From the IMG/VR virus record IMGVR_UViG_3300020406_000804, positions 26,462 through 90,461 of that record: 64,000 bases of DNA; one strand, written 5' to 3'. The number at the start of each line of letters is the position of its first letter. Position 1 is the stretch's first letter. A program made the position numbers and the translations under genes. This stretch comes from a virus. The notes below the pieces were generated by a model. It was not told the DNA's origin, searched no databases, and saw only the letters and a list, made by a program, of their open reading frames with translations. Shown here one piece after another: positions 49,901 to 58,501 of this stretch.

Positions 49901-50105
49901 ACCAAAGTCAGATCTATTTATATTAGATGAGCCTGGCACTGCCCTCGATGAGGAGAATATGGAAGGCTTTGTAAGAATCTTAGACATGATAAAGGGATAC
50001 TTTAAAACAGTTATACTTGTTTCTCATTTAGACAGTTTAAAAGATTGTGTAGACATGCAGATAAACATAGAAAAAAAGTCAGGTTATGCACACGTTAACA
50101 TATAA
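46968..50105 (+). CDS. fused Mre11/SbcD nuclease - Rad50/SbcC ATPase (T4 gp47+gp46-like)
   Basis: Phosphoesterase motifs (ADTH, CGDI, GNHD, LYHG, GDIH), then Walker A GKNYSGKSS, coiled coil with a central CGNQYPSC hook-like motif, signature GSGAE, Walker B ILDEP and H-loop VSH. Confidence 0.92.
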   Translation: MRFAHIADTHIRNLKYHFEYKEVFKQLYKSLKKENVDYIIHCGDIAHTKTQISPEFVDLCRDFFENLAAIAPTYIILGNHDGNLRNDSRQDALSPIVKAINSPNLTLLKSAGETKLNDHFCLNVLSVFDEENWVAPTNPEAVNIALYHGAIDRSKTDQNWTLGGDHNVEIFDEFDFAFLGDIHKTQQLDKEGRIWYAGSTVQQNFGESLDKGYLLWDIENKNKFTNRLITFDNPKPFVTVKLTEKGNLPRAPIRIGARVRIVSESNVSLDRVRKAIEAVKYKHSPESVTYLNRAANQKINVSAPEGLKKQDLRDLKTQEKLMAEYLNEFEATDEVLERVYSLNKKYNKQIEDNEEVLRNINWSLQSLEWDNLFNYGEGNFIDFTKLEGIVGIFGKNYSGKSSIVDSLLYTMYNSTSKSIRKNLNIINQNRDSCLGRAKIKVNGQDFIIERTSKKYVKRLKGVETQEASTDLEFYKEDLSGEVTGLNGTSRQDTDYNIRKNFGTVQDFLMTSMASQLDSLSFINEGSTKRKEYLAKFLDLQIFDKKFKMAKEESAATKIALRKLDDVDFDEQIKSISKDITKSELSIESNKAQCKSMRAELQELNSQVVALSAKIDSVPAEIIDPVLTHQEISRRERLILKTSADKLKTIQALEENQKKFEKINDFLNTFNVDSYRVKKEEIDQKKKSLESLLSEMSSLSEEKVRGTKKQDLLSEVPCGNQYPSCKFISDAHTAAALVQITESKMNANSLKINNLGKEIHESNPSQVEDHLRKHDLLLEKKVNLATSIATGKIKIERSEALLYREQVELENLKIKSKEYDENKDAIENLKQLLSDLRNLQSLEREKESEIESCETRVMKLHQKHGSLEQKLKSVNAQLEEKLELEQDFAAYHLLMTCCHPNGVSYEIIKNRLPFINEEIAKILANIVEFEVFITNNEDKLDIFIKHPRHDPRPLEMGSGAEKTIASMAIRLAFLTVSSLPKSDLFILDEPGTALDEENMEGFVRILDMIKGYFKTVILVSHLDSLKDCVDMQINIEKKSGYAHVNI

Positions 50106-50120
50106 TACACAGGAGGGTTT

Positions 50121-50324
50121 ATGGTGGCAAGATTAAAGGCATTTGCGGATAAGTATGTAGAAAGGTTTATATCAAGAAAATTTTTGGCATGGATTACAGC
50201 AACAGCGCTTTGTACCTATGGCACAGTAACAAGTTCAGATTGGGTAGCTGTTACACTGGCGTATATAGGGTCACAAGCTCTAGTAGACTTAGCAACTCAG
50301 TGGAAACATGGGCCTGCCGAATGA
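50121..50324 (+). CDS. putative holin
   Basis: 67 aa with two hydrophobic segments, an SRKF motif and an AGGAGG SD. Confidence 0.55.
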   Translation: MVARLKAFADKYVERFISRKFLAWITATALCTYGTVTSSDWVAVTLAYIGSQALVDLATQWKHGPAE

Positions 50325-50719
50325 CGCTTCTAGCAATTAAGAAATTTTTACAACATTCTTGGTCGTGGTTAAAAAATAACTGGAAAATACCACTTTTACT
50401 ATTGTGGACTTTGTTTGTGTATGTGACCTCACGGCGAAATACGCAGGCAATGAAAGATGTCATAGAGTCTAACAAAAATGCGTACAAAAAAGAAATAGAA
50501 GCGATTAATGAAGCACACACCGACAAAGTTTTAAAATTGAAGAATCTTCACGAAGAGTTTCAGAAAACTCTTTCCGATGTTGAGGAAAATTTTTCACAGC
50601 GAAAAAAAGACCTTACTAAAAAACAAGCTGAAGAAATTAAAAAGATTGTGATAAAATCTAAAGGGCAGCCAGAGATTATAAAAAAACAAATTCAAGAGGA
50701 GTTCGGCATTGAATTTTAA
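50321..50719 (+). CDS. membrane-anchored coiled-coil protein (spanin-like?); probable start 50321
   Basis: ATGA overlap with the holin stop; N-terminal TM (WKIPLLLLWTLFVYV) followed by coiled coil. Confidence 0.5.
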   Translation: MTLLAIKKFLQHSWSWLKNNWKIPLLLLWTLFVYVTSRRNTQAMKDVIESNKNAYKKEIEAINEAHTDKVLKLKNLHEEFQKTLSDVEENFSQRKKDLTKKQAEEIKKIVIKSKGQPEIIKKQIQEEFGIEF

Positions 50720-51191
50720 AATTATTGCAATTATTTATTTCGTTATTGTTTCTTTCTTGTGCAGTACTTTTACAGGTATGGGCACAGTCTATGCCCAAAC
50801 TCCACGCGGCAAACACGTAACTGACCTAAACATTCTTAAAATTCTCGATTTGAGCGCGCCTGATTATGACCCTGTTTGGTGTTATAATTCAGAAGCCAAT
50901 TCAGTTCTAATCTCAAAACCAAATCAAGTCAGGCAAGAGTGCGAAATCACCCTGCAGAATGAACTGACAAAGCAAAAGGTTAGACACGACTTTCAGATCG
51001 ACACCTTAAAAATAGAGCTAGATTCACTGAAAATTAAGAGCCAGAGTGTAATTTCAATAAAAGAAAAGCAAATAGAAGAACTTACCGAGGCTGCCTTAAA
51101 TAGTTCTAATAATAATTACCTTTGGTGGGCGTCCGGCGGCTTCATCTTAGGCGCAACTTCAGTGATAGGAATATTTCTTATAGTAAAATGA
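50709..51191 (+). CDS. secreted/membrane coiled-coil protein (spanin-like?)
   Basis: Signal-peptide-like N-terminus, coiled coil and a C-terminal TM (WWASGGFILGATSVIGIFLIV). Confidence 0.5.
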   Translation: MNFKIIAIIYFVIVSFLCSTFTGMGTVYAQTPRGKHVTDLNILKILDLSAPDYDPVWCYNSEANSVLISKPNQVRQECEITLQNELTKQKVRHDFQIDTLKIELDSLKIKSQSVISIKEKQIEELTEAALNSSNNNYLWWASGGFILGATSVIGIFLIVK

Positions 51192-51562
51192 GTGAAGATA
51201 ACTTAAACAAAATTGCTAGCTTAGAAAAAGCAATAAGTAAAAAATATGGTGTTGAAGCGATTCAAAACCCGAAAAGCTTTTGGGATCCCGAAAAAGAGAA
51301 AAAATATTTAAAAGAATTAGAAAAATTTTATGAATATAGGGACAAGAAGACAACAAGAAAAAAAACTGGAAATATAACAATTACTGTTAGTACTGCTAAA
51401 AAAGAGGGAGATCCAAGGGTCTGCCCAGTTTGTGGCACCTATTCATTGACACCAAGGGACGACCTTTATATGACAAAATTTGAAACATGTTATAAATGTT
51501 ATATCCAACATATTGAAGGTAGAGAAGAACGTTGGAAATCGGGCTGGAGACCAAACAACTAA
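51188..51562 (+). CDS. hypothetical zinc-finger protein; probable start 51188
   Basis: ATGA overlap with the previous stop; CPVC...CYKC; ends in WKSGWRP. Confidence 0.65.
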   Translation: MSEDNLNKIASLEKAISKKYGVEAIQNPKSFWDPEKEKKYLKELEKFYEYRDKKTTRKKTGNITITVSTAKKEGDPRVCPVCGTYSLTPRDDLYMTKFETCYKCYIQHIEGREERWKSGWRPNN

Positions 51563-51589
51563 CTATTTATTATTAGCAAACTATTTATT
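51561..51589 (+). promoter_or_regulatory. tandem candidate late promoters (AACTATTTATT x2)
   Basis: Two exact 11-mers at 51561 and 51579, upstream of the gene before the terminase. Confidence 0.6.
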
Positions 51590-51608
51590 GCAAGAGGGTT
51601 ATAGACAA

Positions 51609-52091
51609 ATGGCAACAACTTTAGAAATTATAAATGGTATCTCGCAAGTGCTCGCTAATACATATGATGGCGCCCACAACGAGTCAGGAGAGCCAGTAAA
51701 GATTGGATTAAGAAGAGAGGAAGGCAACCCGTTAGTTGACCACCGCATAATGGATGGCTTCAGCGCGCAGATCGCTGCCGGCCGTCTACATATCAAATAT
51801 CATACTGAGATACCACTTAAAGAAGTTCACTCAAATGGCTTCGAAGGAGAAATGGAGTCAATGGTAGAGAAAATTAAGTCTTTTCTGCAGAAGGAATTTA
51901 AGAAAGTGACAAAATCTTCTCTTTCTCTTTCGGACCCAAGCGAGGTTGACGTCCTAGTCGAGTACGTCTCGCGCATCCGATGTAGTGTAAAAGTTCATAA
52001 GTGTTATGCGATCGGTAGCATTCCGGTTGAAGCAGAGAAAGAAGTAGATCCAGAATTCGAAAAATTTACTCAACTCAGCGGCCTGAAATAA
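51609..52091 (+). CDS. hypothetical protein upstream of terminase; probable start 51609
   Basis: GAGGG SD before the in-frame ATG (MATTLEIINGISQ...). Confidence 0.65.
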   Translation: MATTLEIINGISQVLANTYDGAHNESGEPVKIGLRREEGNPLVDHRIMDGFSAQIAAGRLHIKYHTEIPLKEVHSNGFEGEMESMVEKIKSFLQKEFKKVTKSSLSLSDPSEVDVLVEYVSRIRCSVKVHKCYAIGSIPVEAEKEVDPEFEKFTQLSGLK

Positions 52092-52101
52092 GAAGGGCCA
52101 C

Positions 52102-53688
52102 ATGGCAATAAAACTCACTAAACAAGAAATAATGAAAGAAATTGTCCGCTGTGGCAAGAAGCCTGGGTACTTTATAAATACCTATGCAAAAATTACCCAC
52201 CCGATGAAGGGCTTGATTCCATTTAAGCTTTACCCTTTTCAAGAAGATCTTTTGGATGATTTTGAAGATAACCGTTTTAACATAATTTTAAAAGCTAGAC
52301 AACTTGGCATTTCTACGATTACAGCTGCATATGTAGCCTGGATGATGATGTTTCATAGAGAAAAAAATGTTCTAGTAATCGCAACAAAATTTAACACAGC
52401 TGCAAACTTAGTAAAAAAAGTAAAAGCAATAATTAAGCATCTACCCGATTGGCTAAAGATATCGAACGTTTCAATCGACAACAGAACATCTTTTGTTTTA
52501 ACAAATGGCTCACAGATAAAAGCATCTTCAACATCTGGAGACGCCGGCCGTTCTGAGGCATTGTCCTTGTTGGTTGTTGATGAGGCCGCCCATGTTGACG
52601 GCCTTGACGAGTTGTGGATGGGCTTGTACCCTACTCTTTCAACTGGTGGTCGTTGTATCTCCCTATCTACACCTAATGGTGTCGGAAATTGGTTTCATAA
52701 AAATTATGTTGAAGCAGAAAACAAAACTAACGATTTCCATCCAACAAAATTAACATGGGACGTGCACCCAGAGAGAGATATTGAATGGTTTGAAAAAGAA
52801 ACTAGAAACATGTCAAGAAGAGAGATTGCCCAAGAGTTAGAGTGTAATTTCAATATGTCTGGAGAAACTGTTTTCGCATCAGAAGATCTAGAAGTTTACA
52901 GTAAAAATATAAAAGATCCCAAATATAGGACTGGATTTGACAGAAATCTTTGGATTTGGGAAGGCTTTGAGGCTGGCAGCTCTTACTTGTTAACAGCAGA
53001 CGTTGCAAGGGGTGATGGAAAAGATTATTCTGTCTGTCATGTGTTAAAACTTGAAACAATGGAGATCGTGGCAGAATATCAAGGAAAGTGTACACCCGAT
53101 ATATTTTCAAGGGTTCTTTTCGATCTTGGGGTAGAATATGGCAAATCTTTACTAGTTGTAGAAAATAATTCCGTTGGCTATGCAGTTCTGGAAAAATTAA
53201 AAGACCTAAAATATCCAAATTTATATTATTCTATTAAGTCTACTCATGAATTTGTTGAAGAATACCAAGCAGAACAAATGTCAAATGCTGTAATTGGGTT
53301 CTCAATGACCTCTAAAACTAGGCCTTTAATAATTGCCAAACTAGAAGAATTCATAAGAAATAACCTAATTAAAATATATTCATCAAGGCTTTTGGCCGAA
53401 ATGAGAACTTTTGTTTGGAATAATGGCAAACCAGAAGCTATGAGATCTTACAACGATGACTTGATTATTGCTTGTGCTATTGGCTGCTGGGTTCGCGATA
53501 CTGCTTTAAATTCTAGTCAAAAAGATATAGAATATGTTAAGGCTTTTATTGGATCAATAACTAAAACATCCAATAACTTAGATACTAGAATAAATGGCAT
53601 GGTTGACCACGGAAAAATTAAAATGACAAATAACATAAAATCCCATGCTAAAAACGTTGTTGATTTTCCGTGGCTATTTAAGGGTTGA
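52102..53688 (+). CDS. terL: terminase large subunit (T4 gp17-like)
   Basis: LYPFQ, Walker A KARQLGIST, Walker B LLVVDEAA, STPNG, nuclease ADVARGDGKDYS and NDDLIIA. Confidence 0.96.
   Translation: MAIKLTKQEIMKEIVRCGKKPGYFINTYAKITHPMKGLIPFKLYPFQEDLLDDFEDNRFNIILKARQLGISTITAAYVAWMMMFHREKNVLVIATKFNTAANLVKKVKAIIKHLPDWLKISNVSIDNRTSFVLTNGSQIKASSTSGDAGRSEALSLLVVDEAAHVDGLDELWMGLYPTLSTGGRCISLSTPNGVGNWFHKNYVEAENKTNDFHPTKLTWDVHPERDIEWFEKETRNMSRREIAQELECNFNMSGETVFASEDLEVYSKNIKDPKYRTGFDRNLWIWEGFEAGSSYLLTADVARGDGKDYSVCHVLKLETMEIVAEYQGKCTPDIFSRVLFDLGVEYGKSLLVVENNSVGYAVLEKLKDLKYPNLYYSIKSTHEFVEEYQAEQMSNAVIGFSMTSKTRPLIIAKLEEFIRNNLIKIYSSRLLAEMRTFVWNNGKPEAMRSYNDDLIIACAIGCWVRDTALNSSQKDIEYVKAFIGSITKTSNNLDTRINGMVDHGKIKMTNNIKSHAKNVVDFPWLFKG
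53674..53681 (+). promoter_or_regulatory. candidate late promoter (CTATTTAA) for the portal gene
   Basis: Recurring motif at the terminase 3' end, 21 nt before the portal ATG. Confidence 0.45.
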
Positions 53689-53694
53689 TGAAAA

Positions 53695-55689
53695 ATGGCA
53701 AAGAAAAATAAGAATAATACTAGAAATCCACAAAGTGTTCTGTTCAGAAGGTTAACAAAATTATTATCAGGGCCCCTAACCCAATATCGAACCCAAAATA
53801 ACCACCGCCTCAGAAGATTAGACCTAGATAGGTACGCTTCAAAGTTTACTTCAGCTAGCGGCCGAGATTTTAAAAAGACAGCCTACAACCCATATGATAA
53901 TTTACAAGCAGGATACATGGCCTCTCAGCAGCGAACAGAGAGATATGTAGACTTTGATCAAATGGAATATACTCCTGAAATTGCATCATCTTTAGATATA
54001 TACGCTGATGAAATGACAACCTATTCGTCACTTAGCCCTATGTTGTCGATAGATTGCGATAACGAAGAAATAAAAACAATATTACATTCTTTGTATTTAG
54101 ACGTGTTAAATATAGAGCATAATCTTTTTTGCTGGTGCAGGACAATGTGCAAGTATGGAGATTACTTTTTGTATTTAGATATCGATGATTCTCTGGGCGT
54201 GACTTCCGTTATTGGCTTGCCGACAACAGAAATCGAGCGCTTAGAAGGTGAAGATAAAACAAATCCTAATTATGTCCAATATCAATGGAATTCTGCCGGC
54301 TTAACACTTGAAAATTGGCAGGTTGCTCATTTTAGAATTTTAGGACAAGATAAGTATAATCCATATGGAACCTCTGTTCTGGAACCCTCAAGAAGAATTT
54401 GGAGACAGCTAACGCTTCTCGAAGACGCGATGATGGCATATCGCATAGTGCGGTCCCCCGAACGTAGGGCTTTTTATATAGATGTTGGAAATATACCACC
54501 TCAAGATGTTGAGCAATATATGCAAAAAGTTATGTCCACTATGAAAAGAAACCAAGTTGTAGATTCCGAAACTGGAAGGGTAGACTTAAGGTACAACCCT
54601 CTTTCTATAGAAGAAGATTATTTTATACCTGTGCGAGGAGGTACTAGCGCTACAAAGATAGAGCCTGTTGCAGGTGGCAAGTACACGGGAGATATAGAGG
54701 ACGTAAAGTATTTAAGAGATAAGCTATTTTCAGCGTTGAAAATTCCAGCAGCTTACATATCTTCTGATGGAGAGAAAGCAGTTGAAGATAAAACAACTCT
54801 GGCACAAAAGGACATAAGATTCGCAAGAACAATTCAAAGACTTCAAAGATCAATAATCTCAGAGTTAGAAAAAATTGGGATCATACATTTATATACTCTC
54901 GGCTACAGAGACGAAGATTTAGTTTCTTTTAAGTGCCATTTAAACAACCCTTCAAAAATCGCAGAAATGCAAGAGCTAGAACATTGGAAAACAAAATTTG
55001 ATATTGTGGGTACCGCAACTGAAGGATTTTTCTCTAAGCAGTGGCTATCCAAGAGACTTTTTGGCATGTCTGATGAAGAGTTTGTTAGAAATAGAAGAGA
55101 GATGTTCTATGATAAGCGCTATGAGGCAGCACTAGAAACAGTTGGCGAAGCAGAGCAGGCCGCAATGACAGCCGGCCTTGATGCTGGGCCCGACGCACTA
55201 GGGGGAGATCTCGGAGAGCCAGGTGGAACAGGGGTCGTAGGCCAAGAGCCTGAACTTGGAGCAGCAGCCCCCGCTACCCCTGACATCACCGCAGCGGCTG
55301 ACGCTCCTGCCGGCGCCGCACCCGCGGAAGGGGACCTTTTAGCAACACCTCCCGGCAAGAGAGAAGACGACTCAGGAAGAACCACTACAGAAAAGTCTCA
55401 CGGATGGTATTCACCACGAAGCTTATCTCCTGGTGGAGATAGAAGAAAAACGTCTGGCCCTAGAAAGAAAAACATGTCAAGAGCAGCAAGTCCAGAGACC
55501 GGAACTACAAGAAAACTGTATCCCGGCTACAGCGATCTCACCGGCCTGGCAAAAGGCACCAGTATTTACGAATCTAAAGGCACTAATTATAAAGTAGAGG
55601 AATTAAAAATTCTTAAAGAACAGAGAGAATTAGATACACTCTTTGAAAGCCTAAAGGAGAAGGATAAGAAAAATGAGACTAAAACATAA
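53695..55689 (+). CDS. portal protein (T4 gp20-like)
   Basis: LLEDAMMAYRIVRSPERRAFYIDVGN, EEDYFIPVRG, DIEDVKYLRDKLFSALKIP and DIRFARTIQRLQ are gp20-family motifs. Confidence 0.95.
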   Translation: MAKKNKNNTRNPQSVLFRRLTKLLSGPLTQYRTQNNHRLRRLDLDRYASKFTSASGRDFKKTAYNPYDNLQAGYMASQQRTERYVDFDQMEYTPEIASSLDIYADEMTTYSSLSPMLSIDCDNEEIKTILHSLYLDVLNIEHNLFCWCRTMCKYGDYFLYLDIDDSLGVTSVIGLPTTEIERLEGEDKTNPNYVQYQWNSAGLTLENWQVAHFRILGQDKYNPYGTSVLEPSRRIWRQLTLLEDAMMAYRIVRSPERRAFYIDVGNIPPQDVEQYMQKVMSTMKRNQVVDSETGRVDLRYNPLSIEEDYFIPVRGGTSATKIEPVAGGKYTGDIEDVKYLRDKLFSALKIPAAYISSDGEKAVEDKTTLAQKDIRFARTIQRLQRSIISELEKIGIIHLYTLGYRDEDLVSFKCHLNNPSKIAEMQELEHWKTKFDIVGTATEGFFSKQWLSKRLFGMSDEEFVRNRREMFYDKRYEAALETVGEAEQAAMTAGLDAGPDALGGDLGEPGGTGVVGQEPELGAAAPATPDITAAADAPAGAAPAEGDLLATPPGKREDDSGRTTTEKSHGWYSPRSLSPGGDRRKTSGPRKKNMSRAASPETGTTRKLYPGYSDLTGLAKGTSIYESKGTNYKVEELKILKEQRELDTLFESLKEKDKKNETKT

Positions 55690-56506
55690 TAAAAAAAGAA
55701 ACACTGCTTTTGTTTACGAAGCTTTGGTGCGCGAATTAACAGAATCTGTTGTCAAAAACAATAAAAACAAACAAAATAAGATTGTTTCAATATTAAAGGA
55801 TCATTTTACAGCCAATTCTGTGTTGAAAGAGGAATTAGATCTTTACAAATCAATTTATGAAACCAGGCATATAGAAAAGTCAACAGCTGAAAAGATAGTC
55901 TACCACGTAAAAGAGAAGCATGATTCGCTTGATAAAAAAAAGTTGTTTCAAGAACAGAGTGCTTTAATTAATAAAATTAACAGAATTTTATCCAATAAGG
56001 TTTACAATAAGTTTGTGCCAAATTATAAAACAATAGCCTCCGTTTACTCGATATTCCAAGACGCCCTCCCAGTTAAGGACAGGGTCCTACTAGAAGAAAA
56101 TATAGTCCAACACATGTCAGCTTCCATAGAAGAAAGAAAAACAAGCCTCCATCAGCCGATAGATTCACTTGTATACAAAACATTTGTTAACAACTTTAAC
56201 GAGGAATATTCGGATTCTTTAAATGAAGGTCAAAAAAAATTACTTGGCCAATATATTTCTTCGTTTGCCGATAACGGGTCTGAGTTTAAGCTTTATCTGA
56301 ATGAAGAGATAGGAGACCTCAAAAGTAGAATTAAAAAAGCTGCAAATTTAAAAGACATAAAATCAGATTTCCCTCTTAAAGAAAAGCTTGATAAGATTTA
56401 TAATATCTTAGATGAAACAAAAAATAGAGTGATAGATACTAAAACTATCGAAATAGTACTCAGTACCCAGGATTTGCTAGAAGAGCTAGAAAAAGATGAC
56501 GATTAA
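55673..56506 (+). CDS. hypothetical head-module protein
   Basis: Overlaps the portal stop; helical; begins KHNKKRNT. Confidence 0.65.
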   Translation: MRLKHNKKRNTAFVYEALVRELTESVVKNNKNKQNKIVSILKDHFTANSVLKEELDLYKSIYETRHIEKSTAEKIVYHVKEKHDSLDKKKLFQEQSALINKINRILSNKVYNKFVPNYKTIASVYSIFQDALPVKDRVLLEENIVQHMSASIEERKTSLHQPIDSLVYKTFVNNFNEEYSDSLNEGQKKLLGQYISSFADNGSEFKLYLNEEIGDLKSRIKKAANLKDIKSDFPLKEKLDKIYNILDETKNRVIDTKTIEIVLSTQDLLEELEKDDD

Positions 56507-57038
56507 AGCAGAAATAAATTTCGATCCCAGAGTAAAGCTCAAGGCAAAGCGAACACTTGATGGAAATATAATAATTTTTGATCACGAAGATATTGATATA
56601 GTCTTAATTCCTGAAAAAAGAAAGTGTTTAACTTTTCCGAAAAAAAGCATGAGCGACAAAGTTTATTCTGCTCAAGACCGAATGTTTAATTTTATGTTTA
56701 AAAAAGGAATAGTAGACAATTCTACCATTAGAGGCGGAAATATATTCGGATCCATGGAAGCTGAAATTTTAGAATCAAAAGTTTCAGGAGTTGATTCTAT
56801 TCAAGCATTTTTGTTTGTTTTAAACGAATATATAGATCAAGAGCGCCCATACTTCCGCAGAGACGATGTTTATGACGATGCGAGATTAGATAACCTCTTG
56901 AGGCCAAGCGATGAAGAATCCACAGAGCTTGGCGATGTGCCGCAAGCTACTAATAAGGGATCTCACGACCCGTCAGTGAGACCTTACGGCTTTCAATATA
57001 ACTATTCTCTAGTTCGAGAGAGTGAAAGTGAAGATTAA
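56496..57038 (+). CDS. hypothetical protein
   Basis: 180 aa ORF coupled to its neighbours. Confidence 0.6.
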   Translation: MTIKAEINFDPRVKLKAKRTLDGNIIIFDHEDIDIVLIPEKRKCLTFPKKSMSDKVYSAQDRMFNFMFKKGIVDNSTIRGGNIFGSMEAEILESKVSGVDSIQAFLFVLNEYIDQERPYFRRDDVYDDARLDNLLRPSDEESTELGDVPQATNKGSHDPSVRPYGFQYNYSLVRESESED

Positions 57039-57355
57039 TGACATTTATTTGGTTTTGCCTTATTTCGTATGGCCTCACACAAATATTAATATACGGAAAA
57101 ATATTCGACCCAATAAGGCCAAAGTCAGGAAAGTTAGGGCAATTGCTTAGTTGCCCAATGTGCACAGGCTTTTGGGTTGGCATATTTTTATGGTCCGTAA
57201 AAGACTACACTCAACTAATTAATTTTGATAATTCTTACATAACTTGCTTCCTATTGGGATGCGCCTCATCGGCTGCCTCATTTCTTGGAAGCATGTTTAT
57301 GGGGGATGACGGAATCAACATAAATCATAGAGTTTATGTAGAAAGGAACGATTAA
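57038..57355 (+). CDS. small membrane protein with CxxC (DUF1360-like)
   Basis: Hydrophobic segments flank LLSCPMCTGFWVG. Confidence 0.55.
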   Translation: MTFIWFCLISYGLTQILIYGKIFDPIRPKSGKLGQLLSCPMCTGFWVGIFLWSVKDYTQLINFDNSYITCFLLGCASSAASFLGSMFMGDDGININHRVYVERND

Positions 57356-57356
57356 T

Positions 57357-57422
57357 ATGAGAATCAGAGGAATGAAAAGGTGGAGTTTGCAGCCTGTTCG
57401 TCGTTGTTGTACGGGCAAATAG
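57357..57422 (+). CDS. possible 21 aa micro-peptide
   Basis: AAGGAA SD-like sequence upstream; MRIRGMKRWSLQPVRRCCTGK* fills the gap before the protease gene. Confidence 0.35.
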   Translation: MRIRGMKRWSLQPVRRCCTGK

Positions 57423-57427
57423 CTGAC

Positions 57428-57442
57428 GCGGGTGATCCCCGC
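57428..57442 (+). promoter_or_regulatory. GC-rich hairpin upstream of the protease RBS
   Basis: GCGGG-TGATC-CCCGC followed by ATTT, in otherwise AT-rich DNA. Confidence 0.4.
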
Positions 57443-57464
57443 ATTTACAAATTGAGGTAAAAAA

Positions 57465-58070
57465 ATGAAATTATTACGAGAGTATTACGAACTTTGCGAC
57501 GGTGGCATATGCCAAGACCTATTAACTGAGGATGAAAAAGCCCGAGTTGCCAAAGGTGCTATAATTTTGTCTGGAGTTATGCAGATGTCTGAAACTCAAA
57601 ACGGCAACGGCCGAGTTTATCCACATGCTATCTTAGAAAGAGAGATTTCTAGTTATGTAAAAATGGTTAAAGAACGCCGAGCCTTAGGGGAATTAGACCA
57701 CCCAGATTCAAGTGTCATAAATTTATCTAATGCATCACATTTGGTAACCGATATCTGGATGGATGGAAAGAAGTGTATGGGCAAAATAGAAGTTCTGAAT
57801 ACGCCATCTGGAAATGTTTTAAAAGAACTAGTTAACGCTGGAGTTAAGCTTGGAATATCTTCTAGGGGTATGGGCTCCGTCTCTGAAAGAAACGGAGTCA
57901 CTATGGTAGAAGATGACTTTCAGCTAATTTGTTTTGACATGGTCTCTGATCCCTCAACGCCGGGAGCATTTATGATGTCCGAAGCAAAAGGTGTTCCAAA
58001 TATTTTTAACAAATCAGATAAAATTAATAGAGCCCTTAACGGGTTCTTGTACAAGTTTGAGGAAAAATGA
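57465..58070 (+). CDS. prohead core protease (T4 gp21-like)
   Basis: NGNGRVYP, ALGELDHP, ASH, GISSRGMGS and FDMVSDPSTPGA. Confidence 0.95.
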   Translation: MKLLREYYELCDGGICQDLLTEDEKARVAKGAIILSGVMQMSETQNGNGRVYPHAILEREISSYVKMVKERRALGELDHPDSSVINLSNASHLVTDIWMDGKKCMGKIEVLNTPSGNVLKELVNAGVKLGISSRGMGSVSERNGVTMVEDDFQLICFDMVSDPSTPGAFMMSEAKGVPNIFNKSDKINRALNGFLYKFEEK

Positions 58071-58474
58071 AAAAATCAGAACTAAAAAAAATCATCAAAG
58101 AGTGCGTTAAAGAGGTTTTGTTCGAAGAGGGAATATTATCTTCTTTGGTGGCAGAAGTTGCATTTGGAATTTCTAAAGCTCAAAATCAAATTTTAGAACA
58201 AAATAGCACACCACCTCAGCAAGACAGCCAACTAAACATTACAGCAGCTAAAGAGGAAAAGCGAAAGAAACTTTTAGAAACAAAAAGAAAAATGATAGAC
58301 GCAATGGGCAACAAAAATTTTAACTCAGTTTTTGAGGGTACTGAACCATTAGCACAGCCTTCTGCTACAGTTCCGGCACATTCTCCTCTTTCTGGAAAGG
58401 ATCCTAATGATGCGGGTGTAGACATTTCAGGGCTTTTTAGTCTTGCAGGTAATAAGTGGAATCAATTAAAATGA
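58067..58474 (+). CDS. hypothetical head-module protein
   Basis: Coupled to the protease. Its MKKSELKKIIKECVKE N-terminus resembles that of ORF 46738. Confidence 0.65.
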   Translation: MKKSELKKIIKECVKEVLFEEGILSSLVAEVAFGISKAQNQILEQNSTPPQQDSQLNITAAKEEKRKKLLETKRKMIDAMGNKNFNSVFEGTEPLAQPSATVPAHSPLSGKDPNDAGVDISGLFSLAGNKWNQLK

Positions 58475-58501
58475 GAAATAAGGACAACAAAGGAATTAAC
58501 A

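Noticed and set aside
50189-50320. Upstream extensions of track ORFs 1672, 50189, 51122 and 51480
   Set aside because: They overlap neighbouring genes or promoter motifs. Downstream starts with SDs or ATGA coupling (1795, 50321, 51188, 51609) are more plausible.
52102-53688. Intein or intron in terminase, primase or SbcCD
   Set aside because: Lengths are normal, motifs are contiguous, and no intein splice-junction or homing endonuclease signature was noticed.
57357-57467. Read-through from the micro-ORF into the in-frame protease gene
   Set aside because: It would need suppression of two different stops (TAG, then TGA), and the protease has its own SD and ATG.
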